Assembly: GCA_010093605.1 (NCBI GenBank)
Contig: MU004193.1
Location: 689,520 to 753,519, forward strand
Direction of reading: 5' to 3'
Origin: Lophium mytilinum
Lineage: Eukaryota
Length of the DNA stretch: 64,000 nt
Positions 12,190 to 24,110 of this stretch are shown piece by piece. Position 1 is the first letter of the stretch, and each line of letters opens with the position of its first letter. Below the pieces are notes generated by a model. It was given only the letters and a program-made list of their open reading frames with translations, did not search any database and was not told the DNA's origin. The position numbers were made by a program, and so were the translations under genes.

Positions 12190-13500
12190 TAATAGCTGCC
12201 ACTAGTTTAAGTAATTTAAATAAAGAACGCGCATAATTTTAGGGCCTTACTAGAATAGATAGAGAATTATATTTACGGCGGGCTAATAACTATCTCCCTA
12301 TAGCCTTTAAACTCTATATTAAAACCCCTCTAGACGCTACTAAGCTACCTTATTATAATAACACCGGGGATTAAGAATAAGATTACTAGGTTAATAGAAT
12401 TACTAGTAAATGGCCTGCAGTAATTAAGGTCTTAGCTCCGCTCCCTAGAGATTTAAGAAGGGCCGCGCAGGCAGTCTACTATAAGGCTGCAACGCGATAT
12501 CTATCTATTAAGGTCTTTTTCCCTATCTTAATATTATTATCTAAGTTAGAAGTATAGCTTAATCTATAAGAGTCTTAGAAGGAAGCATTTAATAATATAT
12601 AATTATAGATATAGGCATTATTAGGCTATTATATAGTCTTCTACCTAGGTTATACTAAGAAATATATAAAGAACGGCTTAAAGACTTATTAGAAGCTATA
12701 TAATACTTTTAAAGCTTTCTAAAGTAAGTATTCTTAGGCTAGTAGTAAGATAGCCTAAACTAATTATAAACGTTCTTAATAGCAAAACTTCTTAAGTAAA
12801 TATTTAAGTTAGAGAGGATAAGTAATACGCATAGAAAGGATAAGATCTATTAATAATTTAAGAAAATAAGACTTTAGAAATAAAAGAGGGAGAAGAGTAG
12901 AAGGTAAGAATAAGAAAGGGGAAAAAGTAGGTTTAGATTATGCGCTTTACTAATTAAGAATATCTTTACTAATATCCTCTTAGTAGTAGCTTAGAGAAAA
13001 TAATAAAGGCTAAAATATCCCTAGAGAATTTAAAGGGCCCTATTATAATATAGCTAGAATAGAACCGCTCTATACTAATAGAGCTTAATAATTTAAAGGC
13101 TAAGAAATAGGAGCGCGTATAATAACGTAGAATGTAAAATAATATATTAAAGATAAAGAGCGGGAAAATAGCCTAGCCTAAAAAGAAGTAGTCTACGCTA
13201 GAGAGTTTTATGCCTAAAATACAGCTAATAGATAACTTCTCTAAGTTAACTACTCTTCCCTATTACCTATCTTTTTAGACGTTAGGTTCTATTATAGATA
13301 AGAAATATAACTTTAAGCTTATAAAGAGACCTTTTAAAGAATAGATATAACGCAGAAGTACCCCTAAAAGGCCAGCAGATTTAGATAATAATTAAATACT
13401 ACTAAAGCGGCAGAAGAAATAGTTTAGAAGCTTAATAAGTACTTAGAGGTTTTCCTTACTATAGAGTATTCTAAAGGCTAGGGCGTTAGTTTTAGAATAG
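12190..13500 (+). pseudogene. RIPped, probably intron-containing ORF relic, unknown product
   Basis: A frame from about 12193 (ATA/ATG GCT GCC ACT..) runs about 175 codons with only TAA/TAG stops to a GTAAGT donor-like site at about 12724. Charged coding-like sequence continues beyond it. Confidence 0.35.
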
Positions 13501-16500
13501 ATAAAGCTCTTTCTACTAACTAAATACTTAAAGTATATAAGTATAGGTATAGTAGTATATAAGATACTTTTATATAATAGCTCTAAATATCACGCGTACT
13601 ATATACTCTTAAAATAGTAAGACGCCACTCTTAGTATATTAGTAGATGCCCTAAACTCTAATAGCGTTAAAGAGTAGATTCTAGCGGAGATATTAGACTA
13701 GCTTATAGGCGGGGAGACTTTTACTTCTAGGTAATATTAGTAATATTACCTTAACCTTATCTATACTTTATAGCGGTAGTATAAATATTTAGCTAATATT
13801 AATAAGCTTAAATACTATATATAGAGGTTTTTATTTCTATCTAGCCTAATATATATCTAGCCCTCTTATAGTAAGAATTATAGAGATAATAATACTATTC
13901 TATTTATTCTCTATCTACCGCCCACCGCTTATATATATATAGTCTACTTTCCTACTATAAAAGCCTAACTATATATAAGACTAGCTCTTATTACTAAGCT
14001 ATATTAATCTCTCTCTCTAGCGCTGCAATCTTATTTTTATACTTAATTTTCTGCTATTAGAGCTAATAGAATTTATTCTTATCCCTCTAGTTCTCCTCTA
14101 TATTTAGTTAATCTAAACTACGCTAAAGATAAAGAGCTATAATATTATCTATATAGATCTATAGGTTTATTTAAGTTTTAGAAAGTTACTTCTATAGGCT
14201 ATTAGTAATAAAGGGTGGCATCTTAGTTTAGGTAGACGCGTTAGGTAAGGGTAAAGGTATAAATAATAGTCTAGACCTTAGCTTAGCTTAGGGAAGTAGG
14301 GTCTATAGATTAGGATTTATTAGAAGAGGCTCTAGCTATAAAAGAGAGGCTCTTAATAGAGTCTTTTATTCTAGCTAATATAAGTAGAATATACTTTCTA
14401 TTTTAGTAGCTTAATTAAACTCTAAACACGTTTACTAATACTAGTAAGATCTTCTATCTTCTATCTACTACTAATAATATTTATCTTAGATGTAAATAAA
14501 AGAGTAAATTCTAATATTTACCTTTTAGAACTACCTAGATAGATACTCTTCTTTCTCTTAGGCTAAGTCTATATTTATCTTATAGTCGCTAGTATAATAA
14601 GGCTAGAAGGTAGCCTATAAGTACTTAATATTAGACGCCTTTATATAGCTATCTAGTAGATTCTAAATATCTATTATTCTACTCTTTATGTTATATATAA
14701 GTGGAACGCCGTTCTCTAGAGTAAACTAGATGCTAGAAGCTCTAAACTTAGTAGAAAATTAAGGTTAAGATAGTATACTATAAGTAGTATCTTACTACTT
14801 CTACTTTAAGAGTAGAGAGTATAGGCTTCTTATTATAGAAAGTATAATAGCATGTCTTCTTAATTACTATATTAGCAGATCTTAGATTTAAAAGTTAGAA
14901 GAAGGCTAGGTTATAACTTATATATTAGAAAAGCAATATAGTATAAGAGGTAAATAAGTTTTAATATTATACTTATTTAAAGCGGTTTAACTATATAACA
15001 CCCCTTTATTTTCTCTATAGCTTAGACTAATATATTAGTACCCCTATAGACGCAAGTCTAGAATGCCCTTAGATATTAACGGGTTATATAGAAGAAAGCT
15101 TAATATACTACCTATAAAAGGTAAAGTAGAAGGCGTAATATTTAAAGAATCTAGAATATAATTAATAGAATTAGCTTTAGTATAATGTAAACCCTAACTA
15201 CTATAATAATAAGCTAAGTTATTATAGCTGCCTATAGCCCTAGGCCCAAGCCTAGTAATCTAAGAGTGGATAATATAAGCCTGCTAAGGTTAGAGTTATA
15301 AAAGAGCGTTGCCGCATTACTAATAAACTTAAAGGTGTAGCTAGTTATTCGCCCTATAGTAAGAACTAAAGACGGTAGATAATATTACTAATTAATTTTA
15401 GTAATAGCTTTAGATAGAAGATAGCTAGGAATACTATAGAGGGCTGTATTAACCGCGTTAGTAATATTTCTTATAAAGGTTAGAGCGATGTTAATAATAC
15501 TATAAATAATACTAGGGTAGATAACCTTATTAAGCTCTACTATAGCTTTAGGGATAACTTTACTAAGGAATATTATAAGTAGTATAATAAGAATTATGCT
15601 TTATATAATTACTATTAGAAAATAGATTAATAGGTTAATAGATTAATAGGTTAGTAGACTAATTCCCTAATAAGCTAAGTGCTTAATATATTATAACATT
15701 ACTAAGGCCTAGGCAGGTAATAAATACTTTTAGAATTATTTATCTTTTCGCGTCTATTATAAGCTCCCCTCTTAGGTTAGGTACGTAAAGGCCTAGAAAG
15801 CATCTAGTACCCTAGTTATACTCCCTAAAATAAAGAGATAAGAAATTAGATTTCTAAAGCTAATCTATTATATATTTTATTAATAGAATATTTAAGACTA
15901 TATACTTAGTGTTTAAGATTTCTATAGCTTTAATATTAGAAGAAATAAGAACCTTAAAAGAGTTATAACTCGCAACTCCTATAGTATTAAGGCCGATTCT
16001 AGCTATATATATAATAAGATAAAAGAAATACCTACTATATATCTAAAACTTTAAAGGGGTATCTTCTTAATAATATATCTAAATAGCTATAAGATATAAA
16101 TAAAACTATAATAGATGCGTATAGTTATTCTATTATACTATACATCTTAAATTCTTAATAGCTATTATAGACTCTTTCTTACTTCTATTATTAGCATTTA
16201 CGTAGCTTGCCGCGCTCTTACTAGCTACAGCGGCAGCTATTTAGTCTAAAGCGAATAGAAGACTAGTTAATATAACCGGGGCTTCTAATTATACTATTCT
16301 TTAGGGTATCCCTAGATTTTAACACAGCTACCCTGCTATAAGATTAGGTTTTAATATTATCTTTAGCCGTTAGGGGCTTACCTTTAGAATATTCTAGTTT
16401 AATAACTTCTACCTGCCTAAGTTTATAGGGGTTACTAAGCGGCACTATATCCTCTACTTTAATAATATCTTAGTAAAGCTATATTTTATAGATATATTAG

Positions 16501-18368
16501 AAAATAGAAGCTATATTTTAACCTCTATATATTATAGTAGCTATAATACCTTCTTATATCTACACTATATAATTATACTTCCGTCTTTAGTAAATATATA
16601 CTTTAGATAAGAAGATTATTTTAAGTTTATAATCTATACGCCTAATACCTATATATCTATAGCCTATTTTTATACTATCTTTTAGAATTACCTTACATTT
16701 CTCTCTATCTAGAGTAGGATAGAGGAATATAATCTAGTTATATATAGTAGCAGCTATATTACTATACTTTAGCTAAGCTATAATCTTATTTCTATTAGAT
16801 AGAATAGTAACTTAATATGTAATAATAGGAGTAAAAGAACTAGAAAAATAGGTAATATTAAGAATAGATAAGGGAAACCTAATATATATGCAGCTAAAAA
16901 GTAATATATAGTAGATAGCGTTTCCTATATATACCTAAATAAACGCTATAGAATTAGAAAGGTTCCGGCTTAGACTATAGAATAGTACTAAACGCTTAGT
17001 ATTTTCTTTCTTAGTATTCCTTACTAAAATCTATAGAAAATTACAGGGAGCACTATCTAATTAAAATATTAACCTTTTAATATGCCCTTAGTAATAAAAA
17101 GTAAGGTTTCTTATCTATACTATATAACTACTACTTACTAATATTTTCTTAGTATTATAGTGCCCTACTAACTACCCGTGCTAATAAAGACGCGTTTCTT
17201 TTACACCTAGTAACGCGCCTAATAGTGCCCTTCTAATTATATAAGTCTAAGGACTGCTAATATAGTAAGTATAGTAAAGGGTAGTAGAAAGGGTACTATA
17301 CTAAAAGCTGCGCTAAAGGCCGCTACACTAAAGGCTACTATATTTAAGGGGAAGCTGCCTCTAGTATATATATAGGCGCCCTCTATAAAGGCTAGAGTAA
17401 TAGCGCAGTAGAAAGTATTACTAGATATACTAAGGAGCCCTCTAAGGGTTTAAGAGGTAGATTTAAGCACTAATAAGGGCCCTATTAGTATAGTATACTA
17501 CTAGGTAGAAATATAGGCGTCTATCTTAATATAGATAGTTTCTCTATCTTATAATACTTTAAGAGAGTAATAGATAGTATAGTAGTAATATATAAAGGTA
17601 GGGGTAACTAGCTATTATTATCTAAATCTTCTATTAAATTAATTTAGCTAGGGTATAGCCTAGTATCTAGAGACCCTTAGATATATAGAGTTAGCTATAT
17701 TACTATTAGGTTTTAAAGGAATAATTATTACTAATTCTTCTATATTAGACGCTATTTATTAAAAGAGTACTTTAGACTCTCTACCTAGTTTATATAGAAT
17801 TATACTAGTTTATTAACTGCAGCTTATATATTCTAAATTAGGGGCTCCGGGATATTTTTAAGTTATATATCTAAATTACTAATCTACGCGCGGATTAACT
17901 TATAAATATTAGGCAGGCCTTTAACTATATAACTAATAAGTTTATTATATAATACTTTCTATAGAGCACTAGTACTAAATAGTACTTAAAATTTAGTAAA
18001 TTTAGTAGACTAAGGCTTTATAGACGCAAAGAAATTATTCTTAAGCTAATATACTCTACCCTAAGAACGTTAATATAACTAAGGTAGATCTAATAGTTAC
18101 TACTTCTAGAATAGCAGCAGGCGATATATAGCCTTACTATAGTATTAAGAATACTATAGGCGGTGCTTTAACTAGCAGCGGTAGTATTAGTAGTATTTAG
18201 GCACTATATTAAAGATAAAGAAGAAGAGGTTTATAACTTTCTAGTTACCCTATTCTATATTCTCTATCTTAATAGCTAGAAGGTCTATAGTAGGCAGCTA
18301 GTTAACGCTAGTAGACTTAATGCGGCTCGCTCTTAATGCTAAGAACCTAGAGTTAGGTAACTATATTA

Positions 18369-18470
18369 AGGCTTAAGTATTAGTAGTAAGAATTAATTTT
18401 TAGCTTAAGTATTAGCGGTAGTAATCTTATTTAGAGGCTTAAGTATTAGCGGTAAGAAGCTTATTTTAAG
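18369..18470. repeat. Three tandem 32-34-bp units with core GCTTAAGTATTAG
   Basis: Core starts at 18371, 18403 and 18437. The same core occurs twice at 56900 and 56932. Confidence 0.7.
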
Positions 18471-18519
18471 GCCCCCTTAGACTACTATTATACTCTTACC
18501 CTAAAATTCTATATTTCTA

Positions 18520-19010
18520 CCTACATGTTCTACTCTATATTCTAATATTATTTCTATTACCTATTACTAATCTTTCTATTTACTTACGCGCGCCTTTTTT
18601 CTCTTTAGCTAGGCCCTTATATATATACTTAGGTGGAACCTACTCCTTAGAGCCTTAGTACTCTAGAGCAGCGGTAATAGGTAGAAATATAGGCGCTTAC
18701 GTGCCTAAATACTCTACCCCCGCTAGCTAAAAGGCTACGCGGCATGCGCCTTTAGCGCATGTTATCCGCAATAGAAATAAACTAATAACTAACTAATTTA
18801 AAATAAGAGATTTAATAATAGGAAAAAATATATATCTTATAGAACTATTATAACTATAAAGCGTCTAAATAGGCTTAAAAATAGCTAAGAAAAATTCTAT
18901 ATACTTATATATTATATAGATATACCTTTTAGATTAAGAATTAGACTATAATATATTATAAAGGTAGTAGTATTAATAAGAAGCGTGTTATTAGATTTAT
19001 TATTACTCTA
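18520..19010 (+). repeat. Two blocks (A about 18520-18610; B about 18800-19010) homologous to the reverse complement of 59740-60060
   Basis: A: TTCTACTCTATATTCTA..CCTATTACTAATCT..TATTTACTTACGCGCGCCTT..CTCTTTAGCT. B: AATAAGAGATTT..AACTATAAAGCGT..ATAGCTAAGAAAAATTCTATATA..GGTAGTAGTATTAATAAGAAGCGT..TTAGATTTATTATTACTCT. Both are read on the minus strand at 59740-60060. Confidence 0.85.
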
Positions 19011-19255
19011 GATCTATACGCTAAGGCTATTACTAAGTTCTAGCAAGCTAGTAGGATTACGTTATTCTACCGCCCTAATATTCTAGCGGCGGCGGTAGAA
19101 TAGGCTTAGCAGTCCTCTATAATATAATTAGCTTAAGTAAACTACTAGTTTTTATAACCTCTAGCCTATAGAAGAATATATATTACTAGCCTTATTAACT
19201 ATTCTATAACTCTAGGTAAATAATAGGTTAGTAAATGTAAATACTAAGGGTAGAT

Positions 19256-19457
19256 TATTACGGACTATAAGAGGTAAGGCACGGAGCACAGTATTAAGTA
19301 AGGAATAGGGTGTATTTATAAAGATAAAGTTGCGTAGAGGTAGAGGTTCTATACGGCGTAGGCTAAATATAGGCTAGAGGTGTAAAACCGCGCTAGCGCA
19401 CGGGCTTATATAATATAGCTAAGAGTATATAATATATATAGAGCTAGATCTATTATA
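19256..19457 (-). repeat. 3' LTR (RIPped)
   Basis: 202 bp, colinear with 26936-27137 and 27340-27541; TG..CA ends mutated to TA..TA. Confidence 0.95.
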
Positions 19458-19470
19458 CTACCCCCCCTAA
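19458..19470 (-). promoter_or_regulatory. Polypurine tract (plus-strand primer) of the retrotransposon
   Basis: C7 run at 19461-19467, i.e. GGGGGGG on the minus strand, immediately upstream of the 3' LTR. Confidence 0.8.
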
Positions 19471-19799
19471 ATAAAAAAGAAAGGCTATAGAAAGAAAAGG
19501 CTATATAAAAAGAAAAGGCTGTATAGTAAGGCTATAGACTTAGGAAAATAAAATAAAATACTAAGGAAACGTAGTTATAAGTAATTAAATAGGAATTATA
19601 TAAGAAAGGGGCGTGCTTACGGCATTATAAAGGTAGGCGTTCCTATTAAGATAGCTTAGCTAGCTAGGTACAGTAGAGAATCTAGATTTTAGTTAAGTTA
19701 TAAATAATATTATAATATTACTATATAAGGTGTGTAGTTAGAGTTAATAAACACGCGCGTTACAGATTATAAGCGCGCGTTTATTAAGGACTTACTACT

Positions 19800-22700
19800 A
19801 GTTAGGGTTAGGCCTAAAGTTTAGATAAGGGCTATTAGTGTTAGGGTGTTAGTAATAGAACTTGCTAATAAGTTTATTAGAACTGTATTTACTAAAGTTT
19901 ATCTAGTTCTACTATATCTATAGCTTAGTGTAGCCTTTATACTAGGCGCAGTATTATAGCTTACGGCTATAGCGGCCGCGTTATAGCTAGCAGCTATCCG
20001 CGATAAAGTTAATTAGCTAAGTATTAATGCGGTCTTGCTTATTATTAGTTATTCTATGCGGGTTAATAACTTATACTAGTAGAGGTAGAGCTAGGTTCTA
20101 TTCTAGCATAGGCCGGGGCTTAAAAAGGTAGAGTAGGTAAGAATAGAAGACGTTATATATATAACATCCTTTAAGTAACATTTCTATAAAGTTAAGCTAG
20201 AAGGCGTAACCCTAATTAATAACTTTAGTAATGCGGAATAGGCTAAGATTCTTATAGTTAAGTAAGCAATTAGGGCGCTAGGTTTTAATATTGCGCGCGT
20301 TAAGCTAGACTAGGTTATCTACCTTAAGACGAGGTAGTAGTTAATAATATTAATTTGCGAAGTAAGCTTAGGTAGCTATAGCCTAGGTAATAGCTTGGCG
20401 GCATTCTATAAGGATCTCTTTTATCTAATTAGCATATTAGTTAGCTAGTAGCTACTTATTACGTACTATAGCGCGCCCTATTACTAGTATAGAGGGTTTA
20501 ATACCTAATTATAGATAGAAACCGTAAGTAGTAAAGAAGGGAGTAAAGCCTGTTAAGGCTAATTTATAGTTATTAACTGCAAATTTACTAAGAGGAAGAT
20601 AATTAACCTAGTTATCTTATTAGTATAAAATAAACTAGCGTAGATAGGCTTTTATAATAGAGTTAGCGTTCTTAGTCTAGCTATTAGTTTTAGAATAGAA
20701 GGCGGTAGAGAATTTAGGCTTAACGCTAAGTTATCTATATAATTGGCGCCATATAGCGGACACAAATTACGCGCTATAGTTACTAATAATAACTTTAGGT
20801 AAGCTATATAGTTGGAAGATTTCGCGAATAAAGATATTAGTAACGTCTTTAATAGTGTCGCCCGTTATTAGAATATAGTAGCGTTTTTTAGATAGCTAGT
20901 CTACTATAATAAGAATAAGCGTATACATTTACCTATTTTATATATAAGGAGGGAGATCTATAATAAAATCTATAGTAATTTTAGTCTATTACTTATCTAG
21001 TATATTAAGGCTATAAAGTAGTTTTTACTATTTATCTTAGAAAGCCTTTACTTAGCGACAGCTATAGTAGGCGCCCGTGTAATATTTAATATTATCGCAG
21101 AAGTTAGGCTAGAAGTAGTAGCGCTAGAGTAGCTTATAGGAGCCGTGTTTACTAGAATAGCTAGTAATAGAAGTGTTATAAGAGAGGCTAAGTAGCTTAG
21201 TATAGAGCTAGTTATAGGCTAGTATATAGAGATAATTATAATAATATAGTTAGTTATCCTGTACTTTAAAGCTATTAATATTAAGGTTACTAATAAGGTC
21301 GCGGAGGGCTTTTAGAATAGAGCAAGTACTACTTTAGATAAGATTAATTAGCTTATATAGTATAGAATTATATAGATAGAGTTAGCGTATATAGGCCTTA
21401 TTAATAAGGTGCTATAAATTATTATTATTATAGTTAATATTATTGCCGTTATTATTACCTTAAACTAGCTATACTATAATAACCTTATTAGCGGCTGTAA
21501 TATCCTTATTAGCTAACGGAGCTATAAAAATCTTATTAGCGTCGCCGGGTAGCGCCGCAAAGTCCTTGTTAGCGCTTCCGTCGCCGTCGCTGTTGTTACT
21601 GGCACGGTTGTGGCTGCGTAGCGTGGCGGGGGCGAGTTATAGGGGTAAGAGAAAGAGAGAATATATTTTAAGAGAGGATTATAATAAGGTTATTAGAAGA
21701 GGTTTAAGCTCTTTAGTGCAAGAAAGTAACCTATTTTAGTAAAGTGCGTGGAATAGCCCGAGGGCGCCGGACTTACTTAGCTTAGCGTTGTTAAGTAAGA
21801 GTAATTTACTATTTAGCGTAACTTCCGGTCTAAGGTTATAAGATTTAAGTATAGTTTAACGTTAAAATTAATTTTATAGGTTATTAGGCCTATAAGGTAG
21901 GTCTTATAAATAGCGCGTAAGGCTATTAGGTTTACCTTCTAGTACGCTAGAATAGTATATAATTTTAAAGTTAAACCCAGCAAGAAATTTAGCCTAATAG
22001 GCTTAATGTTAATTAAGCTCCTTAGTAGTTATAAACTACTTAAGATTATAGTAATCTATAAAGATATTAGTTAGATCTTTAGGGTTAGTACTTATAAGCT
22101 TAGGTCTCTATTCTTTAAAGGCCTTAACTATAGCAAGGAGTTCTTTATTATAGATTTTATAGTTATACTTAGCTAGTAATATCTTAGAAGAGAAGAAGGC
22201 AACTAGGTATAGAAGGCTATTAGGTCTAATTTAAGACATAACGCCGGCTATTATGTAGTTGGAAGCGTCTATTTTAAGAAAGACTTTCTTACTGTATTAG
22301 AAGTATATAAGAACAGGTGCTTCTATAAATACTTTCTTAAGCGCGCGGAAGGCCTTTTTACAGGCGTCTATCTATAAGAAGCGGGCTTTCTTCTATCCCT
22401 CTTAAAGCTTTATTATATTAGTAAGAGGTTTAATAATATATAAGAACCCGTAGATAAACTATTAATAGAAATTAGATAGCCTAATAAAGGCCTAGATGTC
22501 TTTAATATAATTTAGTGTACTCTATTTAAGGATAGCGGCAACTTTATCTAGGTCTATATAAATTCTGTTAGTGGAAATAATTAGCCTAAGGTAGGTAACT
22601 TCCTTTTAGTTAAATGCGCACTTATCTAGATTAACGTGTAGGCCTGCTGCCTCTAAATATTTAAGGACGGCGGCGACATAGGCCTTATAATCTTCTTTAG

Positions 22701-24110
22701 AACCTTCTATATATATAAGAATATTGTCTAGATATACTATATAGAATTTATTAAGGAAATTATATAGTATTTAATTAATAAAGGATTAAAATATTCCAGG
22801 CCCCCCTATAACACTAAAGGGTATAATAAGGGACTTGTATTCGCCGTGGCGTATTATAAAGGCGGTCTTATACTTATATTCTAGGGCTATGCAAACTTTA
22901 TTAAAAGCGGTAATAATATCTAGCTTTATAAACTATTTAGCTTTTTCTAGCTAGTAAAGGGTCTCTTATATAAGTGGGATTAGGTACTATATCTTAATAG
23001 TAAGCGCGTTAATAGCTCTATAATTAATGTAGAACTATATATCCCCGCCCGGTTTATAAATAAGAAGAATAGGTAAAGAAACCTAGGACTGCGAGCGTCT
23101 AATATAGCCTTTAGCTAGATTATTATTAAGCCACTTCTTAATAACGCGCAATTTGTTAGTGGATATAGGGTATAGTCTGGCTTTAGGTAGCTTACTAAGG
23201 TTAACGCCGTTAACCTAGTTAATCTTATAGTTAATGCCTGGTCTATATAGGGGAAGCGTATTAGCGTTAACTTAATTAAATATACAGACGTATTTATATA
23301 GGCTGGGGGGAAGTTTTATAAATATTTCTTTCTTAGTATAGTATTATTTAACTTCTATAAACTTCTTAATATTATATATAGCTAGCTTATAGAGGTATAT
23401 AGGTACGTTGCTTATTTATAAGGCTATAACCTAGAGATAGTTAGAATAGAGTAAGAAATCTTCGCTAGTATTAGCGAGGTCGATAGCGACGTGTTGGGGT
23501 AAGTTGTTAAGCTAGTCTCCTTTAATAGCGGCCATGCGTTATATAGTAAGATAAGCTATAACGCCTATTCTCTATGCAGAGTTTATAGGGCTAGAGGGTA
23601 TTAGAGTATAGTTATAGTTATATATAAACTTAGGTGGAGCTAATTCTTTAGCGTAGGTAATAGTATTATTAGTATTATCTATATAGTAATAGTAATATAT
23701 ATAAGAGATTTTATTACATTTATCTTTTATAAAGCTAATCTTGCTAGTAACCTAGTTAATAGCTAGGTTATATTATTAGAACTAGCGGAGGCCTAGAATA
23801 ATATTATAATTACTAAGGTTAGTAATATAGGCCTATTTGCGGCTCTAGTAGCCTTAAATAGTAATAGGAATAAGGGCTTTATAGGTAATCTTTTTAGCAA
23901 TAGTAGAGCTGTTAGCTAATTTAAGTATTTATAATTTAGGTAAGGGGCGGGTAGTAAAGTTTATTTAGTGCGCATAAGTAGTATCTATAAATTTATTAGT
24001 TGCTCTAGTGTCGCTGTAAAGGTATTCTTTAATTATATCTAGTAGTTATCCTTTATAAAAACGCTAGACCTTAGCTAGAACTAGAAAGCTATAGAGGGTC
24101 TTTTTATTAG
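19800..24110 (-). pseudogene. pol: pol relic: aspartic protease, reverse transcriptase, RNase H, integrase, chromodomain
   Basis: Motifs, with de-RIP residues in brackets. Protease SDT[G]AT..FID at about 24010. RT KTAF.[T]RHGEY[E]SL.[M]PF[G] at about 22820-22870 and YLD[D]ILIY at about 22725, then DKCAF..EVTYL[G]. RNase H DASNY at about 22260 and NY[E]IY[D]KELLAIVKAF at about 22140. Integrase SAF[H]..T[DGQ]T[E]NAN at about 20680. Chromodomain [W].I[D]FIADS..KL[Q]Y..YKGY..LIS[E]F[H]..HP at about 19830-20020. Confidence 0.93.

Noticed and set aside
6900..19250. Starship captain (DUF3435 tyrosine recombinase) at the left boundary
   Set aside because: I could not read tyrosine-recombinase motifs in the relic frames, and the terminal relic looks like a C2H2 gene. 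Manual de-RIP is insensitive, so absence is not proven.
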